From positions 32,001-96,000 of the forward strand of contig JAZDNF010000006.1 in NCBI GenBank assembly GCA_043800255.1: a DNA stretch of 64,000 nucleotides, given 5' to 3'. The first letter of the stretch is position 1. Each line of letters begins with the position of its first letter. Below the pieces are notes generated by a model that was not told the origin of the DNA, did not search any database, and was given only the letters and a program-made list of their open reading frames with translations. The translations under genes were made by a program, and so were the position numbers. Source of the stretch: Candidatus Altiarchaeota archaeon. GTDB lineage: Archaea; Altiarchaeota; Altiarchaeia; IMC4; SCGC-AAA252-I15. Positions 18,757 to 28,046 of the stretch are shown here, one piece after another.

Positions 18757-18757
18757 C

Positions 18758-18946
18758 ATGGTAGACGCAGAAGTCGTTAAGATAATCGGCAGGACAGGCA
18801 TCTACGGGGAGGTAATCCAGGTGATGTGCAAGGTCCTCGAAGGGGAGAACACTGGCAGAGTAATCAGGAGAAACGTCAGAACCCCCGTCAAGGAGGGCGA
18901 CATACTGGACCTCAGGGAGACTGAGAGGGAGTCCAAACCGCTGTAA
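18758..18946 (+). CDS. rps28e: 30S ribosomal protein S28e
   Basis: AEVVKIIGRTG...RVIRRNV...GDILDLRETERE; ATG 1 nt after the L7Ae stop. Confidence 0.96.
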   Translation: MVDAEVVKIIGRTGIYGEVIQVMCKVLEGENTGRVIRRNVRTPVKEGDILDLRETERESKPL

Positions 18947-18947
18947 G

Positions 18948-19322
18948 ATGGAAAAGTGCGAATTTTGCGGTGGCGGAATCCAGCCTGGAACAGGCAGCAT
19001 TTTCGTGACCGTCAAAGGCAAGGCCTATCATTTCTGCTCCAACAAGTGCGAGAAGAACATGCTCAAGCTCAAGAGGAAGCCTAGGAAGACGAAGTGGACT
19101 GCAGAGTACAGGAAGGAGAAGGCCATACGGGTTAAATCACTGAAGGACGCTGAGAGGCCTGCTGAGAAGGCGGTCAAGGAGGAGAAGGCCGAAGACGTTA
19201 AGAAGGAGGAGAAGCCTGCTGAGAAAGCCCATAAGAAGCCTGAGAAGGAAGAGACTAAGACAGACAAGAAGGTCAAAAAGACCAAAACAAAGAAGGCTAA
19301 AAAGGAAGGCAGTAGAAAATGA
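18948..19322 (+). CDS. rpl24e: 50S ribosomal protein L24e with Lys/Glu-rich C-terminal extension
   Basis: CEFCG..I.PGTG...FCSNKCEK...PRKTKWT followed by a ~65-aa charged tail. Confidence 0.95.
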   Translation: MEKCEFCGGGIQPGTGSIFVTVKGKAYHFCSNKCEKNMLKLKRKPRKTKWTAEYRKEKAIRVKSLKDAERPAEKAVKEEKAEDVKKEEKPAEKAHKKPEKEETKTDKKVKKTKTKKAKKEGSRK

Positions 19323-19765
19323 AGACGCTGTTTATCGTAAAACCGTGGGCAGTGCAGAGAGGCCTCGTCGGTGAGATAGTGGCAAGGTTCGAGAGACACG
19401 GCCTCAGGATTTCCGGGCTGAAGGTCGTGTCCGTCACCAAGAAACAGGCTGAGCGCCTCTATTCTGTTCACAAGGGAAAACCATTCTACAAGTCCCTGAT
19501 AGACCACATAACCTCGTCCCCAGTCGTTGTCGGCGTCTTGGACACGGACGTGCTGGACACGGACGCGGCAATCGCCCTCGTGAGGAAGGTTGTCGGCGCG
19601 ACAGACCCTGCCAAAGCCCAGATGGGCACGATAAGGGGCGACTTCGGGATGAGGATAGACCGGAACGTCATACACGCGTCAGACTCAAAAAAATCGGCAG
19701 AATACGAGCTTCCCATATTCTTCAAAAAAAGCGAGCTCGTAACCTACAAGAAGGTGACCTTATAA
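19319..19765 (+). CDS. ndk: nucleoside diphosphate kinase
   Basis: TLFIVKP, HKGKPFY, GTIRGDFG, RNVIHASDS. Confidence 0.96.
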   Translation: MKTLFIVKPWAVQRGLVGEIVARFERHGLRISGLKVVSVTKKQAERLYSVHKGKPFYKSLIDHITSSPVVVGVLDTDVLDTDAAIALVRKVVGATDPAKAQMGTIRGDFGMRIDRNVIHASDSKKSAEYELPIFFKKSELVTYKKVTL

Positions 19766-19766
19766 G

Positions 19767-20180
19767 ATGACAACAGTCTATGACACACCAGGAGGAAAGC
19801 TGATAAGCAAGGCGGCTGAGGACCTCAAAGGGAAGATAAAAAAGCCGGCTTGGGCTGACTCCGTGAAAACCGGACCGAACAGGATGAGGATGCCTGACAG
19901 CCCCGACTGGTACTACCACAGGACGGCTTCCGTCCTGAGGAAGATATACCTGAAAGGCCCCATCGGCGTCCAGAAGCTCAGGGTCATGTACGGCTCGAAG
20001 AAGAGCAGAGGGCACAAGCCTGAGGAATTCAGGAAATCAGGCGGCAAAGCCATAAGGTCAGTGCTGATAGAATTGGACAAGCTAGGATTCACCGAAAAGT
20101 TCGAGAGAAATGGGAGAAGGATAACGTCCAAGGGCAGGTCGTACCTGGACAAGATGGCATCCAGCCTAAAAAATGGGTGA
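19767..20180 (+). CDS. rps19e: 30S ribosomal protein S19e
   Basis: PAWADSVKTG, DWYYHRTASVLRKIY, GRRITSKGRSYLDK. Confidence 0.96.
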   Translation: MTTVYDTPGGKLISKAAEDLKGKIKKPAWADSVKTGPNRMRMPDSPDWYYHRTASVLRKIYLKGPIGVQKLRVMYGSKKSRGHKPEEFRKSGGKAIRSVLIELDKLGFTEKFERNGRRITSKGRSYLDKMASSLKNG

Positions 20181-20499
20181 TATTGAGGAGCTGAGGAGAC
20201 GGAGGCTGCAGCAGCTCACGCGGCAGCAGTCTCAGGAGCAGCTTCAACAGGATCTCCAGCAGAGGGAGATGGAGCGGCAGATAAAGCTGATTGTTGACAA
20301 GATTCTGACGCCTCAGGCTAAGGAGCGCCTAGGCAACATAAGAGCAGCCCGCCCGGAGTATGCCCGCCAGATTGAGATACTCATGATACAGCTCGCCCAG
20401 AACGGCAGGCTCCCGAAGCAGATTGACGACATTCAGCTGAAGGAGATCCTGAAGCAGATCTCTGAGAAGAAGCGAGACACGAAAATCTCGTTCAGATGA
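20173..20499 (+). CDS. PDCD5/TFAR19-family DNA-binding protein
   Basis: ELRRRRLQQL, ILTPQAKERLGNI, LMIQLAQNG; usual position after S19e. Confidence 0.93.
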   Translation: MGDIEELRRRRLQQLTRQQSQEQLQQDLQQREMERQIKLIVDKILTPQAKERLGNIRAARPEYARQIEILMIQLAQNGRLPKQIDDIQLKEILKQISEKKRDTKISFR

Positions 20500-21098
20500 T
20501 AAAGACCCTCATATTCGACCTGGGAGGTGTCCTCTTTTCCAACGGCACCGGAGCCGCCGTCAAACTGATAAGCGAGGGATACAGTATAGACGAGGATAAG
20601 GTTTCCTCAGTCCTCAGGGGGGAACTTGGCAACAGCTACAGGCGCGGTGAGTTAAACTTCGATGAATTCTGGGAGAAAGCTAAAAGCGCATGGAATTGTG
20701 ACGCCGACCCTGATGAGCTGGCTAGGATATGGGACGGATGCTTCGTAATCAACGACTCTGTTTCTGACATCATAGGCAGATTGAATCGGGAAGGCTATGA
20801 GCTCCTTTACCTGTCCAACAACAGAGTAGGCACCGTCAGCTTCCTGGAAGGCAGGTACGATTTCCTGCGCATGTTCAAAGACGGTGTATTCTCCTTCGAT
20901 GTCGGTTTCATAAAACCTGACCCCCGAATCTACAGGGCGCTGTTGGAGAAGACCTCCAGCAGGCCGGAAGAGTGCGTATTCATAGACGACAAAGCAGAGA
21001 ACCTGAAACCTGCCGAAAAACTGGGGATGAGAACAATACACTTCGGAGAGGATACGGATATCACAGACGAGTTAAACAGACTTGGAGTAGGCCTCTAA
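20496..21098 (+). CDS. HAD-superfamily phosphatase
   Basis: IFDLGGVL, LSN, KPDPRIY, FIDDKAEN. Confidence 0.92.
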   Translation: MIKTLIFDLGGVLFSNGTGAAVKLISEGYSIDEDKVSSVLRGELGNSYRRGELNFDEFWEKAKSAWNCDADPDELARIWDGCFVINDSVSDIIGRLNREGYELLYLSNNRVGTVSFLEGRYDFLRMFKDGVFSFDVGFIKPDPRIYRALLEKTSSRPEECVFIDDKAENLKPAEKLGMRTIHFGEDTDITDELNRLGVGL

Positions 21099-21100
21099 GA

Positions 21101-22267
21101 TCAGAGTTCTCCTAATTCTTTGTCGAGCTCTTCTTCCTCAAGCGCGGGCTCTTCAGCAGCCCCTTCCTTTTTCTCAGGCTCCTCGAACTCATAGCCTAGT
21201 TCGCCTAGGAGCTCCTCGCCTTCATCGCCTTTCTTCTTCCATCTCTTAGAAGCCACTATAGCACCACCAAATATGCAGACGCCGAGGATTATCACAGCCC
21301 AGTTGGACCTCGTGAAGGGCCCGATCTTGCCCTTCTGTATTGTCTCAAGCTCCTCGTTGACTGATGCCACTTCCTGAGTCAAGAGCATGTTCTCGCCCTC
21401 CAGAACCTTTATCTGAGCCTTGAACTGGTCGATCTGCTGCTCAAGCCTCAACTTCTCAAGCTTCAGCTCTCCGATGAGTATTTCAACCTCCGGGTTTGAG
21501 ACGTTCTCTGTGGTAGGGATTACGGTTATGCTCAGCCAGTCGACTATGTTGAGGCCGAACTGCAGATTATCGTATTTGTCGATGTACTTGTCTGTGAGCA
21601 TGTCAATGTCAGACAATGTGAAGACGAGGCCGTTCCCGAAGATGGCGGCTCCTGCTATGGGGGGCATGCTCCCAGACGTGAAAGATAATGTGTCAGAGTA
21701 TGTGTCCTGGTCGCCGGTCGCTATGGCGTAGGAGTTTCCGGAGAGCTTCAGGCCGTGTCCCTTGTAGAAGCCCAGCTGAGACACGCCTTGTATCGTAACC
21801 CTGGACGTCGGCACCAGATTGAACCGGTCAACTATGAAATTCTGTATCTGCTCTTCGGGTATGGTATCTGTTGAATCTATGAGTATGCCGTCGTCCATTA
21901 TCATGCCGAATGGGCTCATAATCTGGTTCGCGTTAGCAGGCTCGCCGCCGAGTATGAAGACGCCGCCCCCTTTTGTGAGCACGAACCATAGGACTGCGGA
22001 AAGTTCCTCGGTTTTCAGGGGCTTCCCAGGGTGGATTATCAGGATGTCATATTCCGCCAGCCGGTCCTCTGATAGCTCACCCCGCGTCATCGACGCCATC
22101 TCATACCCCTTGTCAGAGAGGCGGGCGGCAAACTTTGAAAGTCCGCTGCTTATCTTATAGGTTTCGGGCGTGCTTACCTCGTAGAAGAGTATTCTTGCAG
22201 CTGATGAGGATGATGACAGGATAATCGATACAATGATCGTAAAGTGTAAAATATGCCTTATCTTCAC
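21101..22267 (-). CDS. secreted GIFT/DUF4350-like (GldG/IFT52-type) domain protein with coiled coil and C-terminal TM
   Basis: Signal peptide; SGLSKF...YDILII.P...GGGVFILG...DNLQFGLNIVDWL; heptad region; TM; acidic tail. Confidence 0.65.
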   Translation of the reverse strand: MKIRHILHFTIIVSIILSSSSSAARILFYEVSTPETYKISSGLSKFAARLSDKGYEMASMTRGELSEDRLAEYDILIIHPGKPLKTEELSAVLWFVLTKGGGVFILGGEPANANQIMSPFGMIMDDGILIDSTDTIPEEQIQNFIVDRFNLVPTSRVTIQGVSQLGFYKGHGLKLSGNSYAIATGDQDTYSDTLSFTSGSMPPIAGAAIFGNGLVFTLSDIDMLTDKYIDKYDNLQFGLNIVDWLSITVIPTTENVSNPEVEILIGELKLEKLRLEQQIDQFKAQIKVLEGENMLLTQEVASVNEELETIQKGKIGPFTRSNWAVIILGVCIFGGAIVASKRWKKKGDEGEELLGELGYEFEEPEKKEGAAEEPALEEEELDKELGEL

Positions 22268-22397
22268 TTTTTATCCCTTAAATATTGCGGTTGGACAATA
22301 AAAGTCGTATATGGACGCCCAACCATCCGTTCTCAGCCTGCTGAAATTCACAAGAATACACGCTGTCATGGGCAGAGCAGGCCTAGGTAGGACGTCT

Positions 22398-23075
22398 TCA
22401 CCCCAGTGACAGCTTCACGTGGCTGATGCTGGGGCCAGCAGGATCTATAACTACGGCATTGCCGTGGGAGAGCATCCCGACATTCAACACCCTCGTCTTC
22501 CCTATGAGGTCATCCTTGCCTGCTGACTCGTGTATGTGAGACGAGACATTAGCTATCGGCTGCTTATCCTCCAGGAATTTCCTCAATGCGGAGGACCCGA
22601 CGTGGGCTCCGCCAGGTATCATATCGCATTTAGTGTCTTTCGGCGGGAAATGCGTTAACACTATCGTCTTACCTGCTTTCGACTTATCCCAGACGCTGTC
22701 AAGCTTCTCCCGTATCTCATTCTCAGACAGCTCGAATGGCGTTCCGAAAGGCGTTGAATTGCTGCCGCCGAGCCCTATGAACCTTATTCCGTCAATCGTG
22801 ACCGCCTTCTCGTGGAAGTTCACCCCGTTTTTTTCGAAGATGTCTATCACAAACTTTTGGTCGCAGTTTCCTGGGAGAGCGTAGACTTTCGCATCCTCTT
22901 TCAGCAGGTCGATGGCGTATTCGACGTCTATCTTGTTCTCTTTGGGGTCCTTGAAGCCGACGCTGTAGTCGCCCAGAAGGAAAACACATCCTATGCCGTC
23001 GTCTACGACGTAGTCTCTGACTTTTATGAGAGTCTTCTGGTCACCGTGAATGTCCGACACGCATATGATTTTCAT
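22398..23075 (-). CDS. calcineurin-like metallophosphoesterase
   Basis: SDIHG, GDY, PGNCD, THFPP, SHIHE. Confidence 0.92.
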   Translation of the reverse strand: MKIICVSDIHGDQKTLIKVRDYVVDDGIGCVFLLGDYSVGFKDPKENKIDVEYAIDLLKEDAKVYALPGNCDQKFVIDIFEKNGVNFHEKAVTIDGIRFIGLGGSNSTPFGTPFELSENEIREKLDSVWDKSKAGKTIVLTHFPPKDTKCDMIPGGAHVGSSALRKFLEDKQPIANVSSHIHESAGKDDLIGKTRVLNVGMLSHGNAVVIDPAGPSISHVKLSLG

Positions 23076-23109
23076 CGTATTTTACTATTTGATGGAAAAT
23101 TAATAAACC

Positions 23110-23883
23110 ATGGCATCGCTGACTTTCCTCGGGACCGGCGGCGGAAGGTATGTGATACTCTCCCAAAGGAGGCACTCCGGCGGAATCTGGCTCGACCTTG
23201 GTAAAAGAATCATAGTGGACCCAGGGCCCGGGGCCCTAGTGAGGGCTATAGAGGGGGGGAAGGATCCCATGAAACTGGATGCTGTCCTCGTCTCCCACAA
23301 CCACCTAGACCACTACAATGACGCTGAGGTCATGATAGAGGCGATGACGCACGGCCTCAAGAGGAGGAGAGGCTTCTTCGCAGCCCCTGAGAGCGCGCTA
23401 GCGTATATTTCAGAATATCATAGGGAGTCCGCGGACGTGAGAAGCGTCAGAGCCGGCGATGTTTTCGCAGTTGGCGATATTACAGCCGAGGCTCTGCCGA
23501 CGGCAGGCCACGCCGACGGCATCGGCTTCAGGTTCAAGACAGGAGACGTCGACATCGTCTACTCCTCAGACACCGGATTCTCGCAGGAGCTTGCCAGCTC
23601 TTACAGAGGAGCGAAGACCCTGATACTGAACGTCATCTTCCCCTCGGGGAAGCCGATAAAATCCCACCTCAACACCGACTCAGCCATAGAGGTTGTGAAG
23701 ACAGCAAAACCAGAACTGTGCGTCATCACCCACTTCGGCATCACCATGCTCAACGCAGACCCGGAAAAACAGGCAGCCAGGATACAGGCTGAAACAGGCA
23801 TAAAGACCATAGCAGCAACAGACGGGATGACAATAGACTTAGAACACCCCACAGAGGAACAGCACAAACTGGAAGGCTTTTAG
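23110..23883 (+). CDS. metallo-beta-lactamase-fold hydrolase
   Basis: FLGTGGG, VDPGPG, SHNHLDH, YSSDT, THFG. Confidence 0.92.
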   Translation: MASLTFLGTGGGRYVILSQRRHSGGIWLDLGKRIIVDPGPGALVRAIEGGKDPMKLDAVLVSHNHLDHYNDAEVMIEAMTHGLKRRRGFFAAPESALAYISEYHRESADVRSVRAGDVFAVGDITAEALPTAGHADGIGFRFKTGDVDIVYSSDTGFSQELASSYRGAKTLILNVIFPSGKPIKSHLNTDSAIEVVKTAKPELCVITHFGITMLNADPEKQAARIQAETGIKTIAATDGMTIDLEHPTEEQHKLEGF

Positions 23884-23908
23884 ACTTCCTCCTTCCTAAT
23901 AGTAACTG

Positions 23909-24925
23909 ATGGTTGAGACCAAGACTTCTGGAAAGTATGAAAGCCTTCGAGATATAAGAGATAGGTTCAGGAATCTGCCAGAACCTAAGACTACCGATCA
24001 GAGGATAAGCAAAGTAGCAGCTGATATCTCTGAGACGTTAGTAAGGGGCCTGGAGGGGAAATCCGGTGAGGAAATCGCCAGAATCCTGAAAGTCTGGGAG
24101 CAGCCGGGGTTCAAGAACTGGATTGGAACCAACCCTGAACTTCTCTTAACCCGTTACCTGGTCGGGGAAAACTGGGAGAAATACTCGCATAATCTGAAGA
24201 ATATTATGACAGGAGTCCAAGGCGGCGTATGGATGATACAAGAGCTTTCAAGTCCGGGCTCAAAGTATGCGGAAAAACAGACTCCAGAGGAGAGGCTGAG
24301 GAGGGTGAACGATACTGCAAACGATGTGATGCAGTTTGTCGGCGATGTTTGGACCGTAGTCCAGTCGATGAACATTGCGATGGCCGCGGGAAAGACAACG
24401 CGCAAAGAGGACGTCAACGTCAATGAGCTCCTGAAGAGGCCTTACAAAGCGTCCATACACTCTGCCCTCATACAGGAGGACCGGCTGGAACCTAGATGGA
24501 AGCTGGATAAGGAACTGCCAAAAATCAGAACAGACCCGACACTCTTAGAGGCTGTGCTGATTAACGTCTTCATGAACTCAGCGCATGCTATGGAGAACAC
24601 GAAAGAGAAGAAGCTTCATATGAAAACCTCCAGGGAGGGAAATTTCGCGAAGATTGAGATCAAAGACTCAGGGTACGGGTTCAACCCTGAAGAGAAGGTC
24701 AACCAAGAGGGCGAACCAGACCCCAGAGGCAAACAGACGAAAAAAGAGTGGATTATGGGACTCTTTAACACCACCAAAGGGCCCAGAGGCACCGGCATGG
24801 GACTGTTTATTTCCAACAGCGTGATAACAACCCTCGGCGGCACATTCGACATAAACAGCGAAGGCAAAGGAAAAGGCGCGACAGTAACGATAAAACTGCC
24901 AGTAACACAGACTACTCGACAGTAA
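23909..24925 (+). CDS. soluble histidine kinase without recognisable sensor domain
   Basis: H-box-like SHNLKNIM, N-box INVFMNSAHA, IKDSGYG, FNTTK..GTGMGL, GKGAT. Confidence 0.85.
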   Translation: MVETKTSGKYESLRDIRDRFRNLPEPKTTDQRISKVAADISETLVRGLEGKSGEEIARILKVWEQPGFKNWIGTNPELLLTRYLVGENWEKYSHNLKNIMTGVQGGVWMIQELSSPGSKYAEKQTPEERLRRVNDTANDVMQFVGDVWTVVQSMNIAMAAGKTTRKEDVNVNELLKRPYKASIHSALIQEDRLEPRWKLDKELPKIRTDPTLLEAVLINVFMNSAHAMENTKEKKLHMKTSREGNFAKIEIKDSGYGFNPEEKVNQEGEPDPRGKQTKKEWIMGLFNTTKGPRGTGMGLFISNSVITTLGGTFDINSEGKGKGATVTIKLPVTQTTRQ

Positions 24926-24934
24926 CGCTCTTCG

Positions 24935-26200
24935 CTAGGTTCTTTTCTCGAACTCTTTGTTTACTAGGTCAACCATCTTGTCTGGATTGAAATCTCCTTT
25001 GTACCAGGAGCCTGATATGAGGCCTGCGTTTTCCAGTTCTTTTATCTGATTTTTGTATCTATTGTAGTCGCTTGAGTATATCATACATATTACCGTGTTT
25101 GGCCAGCGTTTGTGTATCTCCCTTATCAAGTCAATTCCCGTCTTCTTTCCTGCGAGCTCCACATCCGCAAGCAGTAAGTCCGGGGCTTTTCCACTTTGTT
25201 CTATAAGATCTAGCGCACGCTCCGCGCTCCGATAGCAACCTATATCCTCCTGTTCCCTCTGGCTCTTGTCTTGTGCTTCATTCCCCTTCTGAGGCCGATA
25301 CATCGTTAGATTTTTGATTTTTTCTTCAGCATTGAAAAAGAATAGCTGATGCAAAGGATTGTCTTCTACCACCATCAGAGTCGCAGATTTTATGAGAGGT
25401 TTGGTTGGCTTTAGACTGTCCTTGATGCTGGATGTTGCGTGATATTTGATTACGTTTATGTCTCCTGGCTGACCGAATGCATGCTCGATGTCACATGGCA
25501 CTGGCTCCCCCATCTTTCTCGAGTATTCATCCTCATCTGATATGCTCATCAGCGGAGTATGTTTTTTACGGAATCTCCAAGCTATCTCATCCATTCCCCA
25601 AATTATGTCCGCAAAGTCGACTCTTGACTTACTTAATGCATCCTGCGATACTTTCTTTATGTTCTTCCAGAAGTCAACGTATATCTCCTCGTTTGGGTAT
25701 TTTGTCTTTATCTCTTCAAGAACGTCTGGTTTCTCTATGAATCGCGACCACGCTTGCCCCCGGATAAGCGGCATTACAGTGTGCATTATCTCTTTGGCAT
25801 CCCCAGTTTTGGGCTTGACTTCGTCCTCTATCTGCTGTGCGAAGCATGTGTGCAGTATCGGTCTCCTGATGAGGTTGCCCAAATCGGTTGTTAGAAGAAA
25901 CAAGACATCGTCGCGGGTGAATTCCATGTCAGGGAATCTCTTGTCTCTGAGGAAATCGTATATCATCTCGAATGTTTTGAAACTCTCGGTCTGCTCTTCC
26001 TTCGGGAGGGCGTTCAACTTCTTAAAAAGCGGCTGAAAGAACGCGCCGAACTTCGTACCTCCATGGAAGACCTTTCTAGCCTCAGAAGCGAAAGGATGAC
26101 TGCCGGGCACAATATCATGCGGGAAATCGTGAATTGGGACCTTCTCGTGAATGCTGGGAGTCTCAGGAGCACGAGACTTTTTCTGCTTCTCCTCGACCAT
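24935..26200 (-). CDS. protein with C-terminal response-regulator receiver domain and unknown N-terminal region
   Basis: LMVVEDN, PDLLLADVEL, GIDLI, YSS, WYKG in the last ~150 aa. Confidence 0.75.
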   Translation of the reverse strand: MVEEKQKKSRAPETPSIHEKVPIHDFPHDIVPGSHPFASEARKVFHGGTKFGAFFQPLFKKLNALPKEEQTESFKTFEMIYDFLRDKRFPDMEFTRDDVLFLLTTDLGNLIRRPILHTCFAQQIEDEVKPKTGDAKEIMHTVMPLIRGQAWSRFIEKPDVLEEIKTKYPNEEIYVDFWKNIKKVSQDALSKSRVDFADIIWGMDEIAWRFRKKHTPLMSISDEDEYSRKMGEPVPCDIEHAFGQPGDINVIKYHATSSIKDSLKPTKPLIKSATLMVVEDNPLHQLFFFNAEEKIKNLTMYRPQKGNEAQDKSQREQEDIGCYRSAERALDLIEQSGKAPDLLLADVELAGKKTGIDLIREIHKRWPNTVICMIYSSDYNRYKNQIKELENAGLISGSWYKGDFNPDKMVDLVNKEFEKRT

Positions 26201-26239
26201 AGATTATAATAGACTACAGAAGATTAAGTATTGTTCAAC

Positions 26240-28009
26240 CTATTCTACTGTAACGCTCTTCGCCAGGTTGCGTGGTTTGTCCGGGTCTATTCCTTTCAGG
26301 ACTGAGATGTAGTATGCGAACAGGTGCAGGGGGACGATGTTGAGTATTGGCGTGAGGAGGGGATCTGTTTTTGGTATTTTGAAGTCGCCGTTCTCGCCGA
26401 CTGTTATGACAGACGCGCCCCGCGCTTTAACCTCCTGGATGTTGGAAGCCATCTTGTCCTTCAGGTCATCTGAGGAGAGGATGGAAACGACGACAACACC
26501 CTCCTCCAAAAGTGCTAGTGGGCCGTGCTTGAGCTCGCCTGCAGGATAGCCTTCAGCATGAACGTAGGATATCTCCTTCAGCTTCAGAGCACCCTCCAAC
26601 GCGGTCGGAAAGTTCTGCCTTCTGCCGATGAAAAAGAAGGTGTTGGTGTTAGCGTACTTCTCAGCCAGCCTGCGGATGCTGTTCTCGTCAAGAATCCTCT
26701 GAATCTTGTCAGGCAGAGACTTAAGCTCCTCGAAAGGAAGATCAAAACCCTCCCTGTCGATTCTGCCACTCTGGACCGCCAACAGGAAGCCCAACAGGGT
26801 TGCAGCGATCGCCTGCCCGACATAAGCCTTGGTGGATGCGACAGCAATCTCCGGGCCGGAGTAAATGTATGCGACATCGTCAGAAACTCTCGCTATCGTG
26901 GAGCCGACCACGTTCACTATGGATGCGACATAAGCGCCCCTCTTTTTAGACTCCTTGAGAGCTGCGAGTGTGTCAGCCGTCTCCCCCGACTGGGAGATGC
27001 CGACAACCGCGGTCCTTTTGTCGACGGTCTTGATAGTGGAATACCTGAACTCCGAAGCCACCACAGCCTCAGCCCTGATGCCAAGATTCTCGAGGACGTA
27101 TTTTCCAACAAGGCCAGCATGATATGCCGTGCCGCACGCTATCAAATATATCCGATCATAATCCTTAAGCCGCATGGCAATCGCCATAAGCTCCTTCTCG
27201 CCCTTGAGGGCGTTTCTCGCAGCCTGCGGCTCCTCGAAGATCTCCTTGAGCATGAAATGATGGTAGCCTGCCTTCTCGGCTTCAGAGACGTCCCAGCTGA
27301 TTTTCTCAACCTTCTTCTTAATCCTTTTGCCGGACTCCAGAGAATAGAACTCAGCCTTGTCCCTAGTCACGACACCATACTCGAAATCGTCCAAGATTAT
27401 GGACTTCTTGGTCTCGGACATGAACGCTGGAGCGTCCGAGGCGATGAAATTCTCCTTCTGGCCGAGGCCTATCAGGAGAGGAGAATCCTTCCTGGCAACA
27501 AGAATCCTGTCAGGCTCCTCGCTCGAAATCGCCGTGATGGCATAGCTCCCGTTGAGGCGCCTTACTGCACTGGCAAACGCCGTCAGGAAGTCGCCCTCAT
27601 AGTATTCCTCAATCAGGTGGGCTATCACCTCAGTATCGGTCTCGGACTTCAGCTTATGCCCCCGCTCGCTGAGCTCCCGGGTCAGCTCCTGATAGTTTTC
27701 GATGATGCCGTTGTGGGCGACGGCGAATTTCCCGGAACAGTCAGAGTGCGGGTGAGCGTTCACCTGCGACGGAATGCCATGCGTGGCCCAACGGGTGTGA
27801 GCGACGCCGATGTTAGACTTAAGCTGCTCAGGCTTCAGCTTCCTCCTGACGTCATCGACCTTACCCTTGTCCTTCGGGATTTCAATCTTCCCACCAGAGA
27901 CATAGGCAAGGCCTGCACTGTCATAACCGCGATACTCCAGCCTCTTCAGCATGTCAAACAACAGCTCAGGCGCGTTCCGCCCCCCGATATAACCCGCAAT
28001 ACCGCACAT
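26240..28009 (-). CDS. glmS: glutamine--fructose-6-phosphate aminotransferase
   Basis: MCGIAG, RGYDSAG, HTRWATHG, SQSGETADT, ALKLKEISY, PRNLAKSVTVE. Confidence 0.98.
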   Translation of the reverse strand: MCGIAGYIGGRNAPELLFDMLKRLEYRGYDSAGLAYVSGGKIEIPKDKGKVDDVRRKLKPEQLKSNIGVAHTRWATHGIPSQVNAHPHSDCSGKFAVAHNGIIENYQELTRELSERGHKLKSETDTEVIAHLIEEYYEGDFLTAFASAVRRLNGSYAITAISSEEPDRILVARKDSPLLIGLGQKENFIASDAPAFMSETKKSIILDDFEYGVVTRDKAEFYSLESGKRIKKKVEKISWDVSEAEKAGYHHFMLKEIFEEPQAARNALKGEKELMAIAMRLKDYDRIYLIACGTAYHAGLVGKYVLENLGIRAEAVVASEFRYSTIKTVDKRTAVVGISQSGETADTLAALKESKKRGAYVASIVNVVGSTIARVSDDVAYIYSGPEIAVASTKAYVGQAIAATLLGFLLAVQSGRIDREGFDLPFEELKSLPDKIQRILDENSIRRLAEKYANTNTFFFIGRRQNFPTALEGALKLKEISYVHAEGYPAGELKHGPLALLEEGVVVVSILSSDDLKDKMASNIQEVKARGASVITVGENGDFKIPKTDPLLTPILNIVPLHLFAYYISVLKGIDPDKPRNLAKSVTVE

Positions 28010-28046
28010 TCTGGATATAACTAATAATGGAGTATATTAATATACT

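Noticed and set aside
22268-22397. 130-nt intergenic gap with short inverted repeat and a 32-codon ORF
   Set aside because: No tRNA cloverleaf, only a 7-bp stem, and no support for the ORF.
26525-28024. 499-aa + strand ORF
   Set aside because: Antisense shadow of glmS with no recognisable motifs; the many other antisense ORFs over core genes were dismissed for the same reason.
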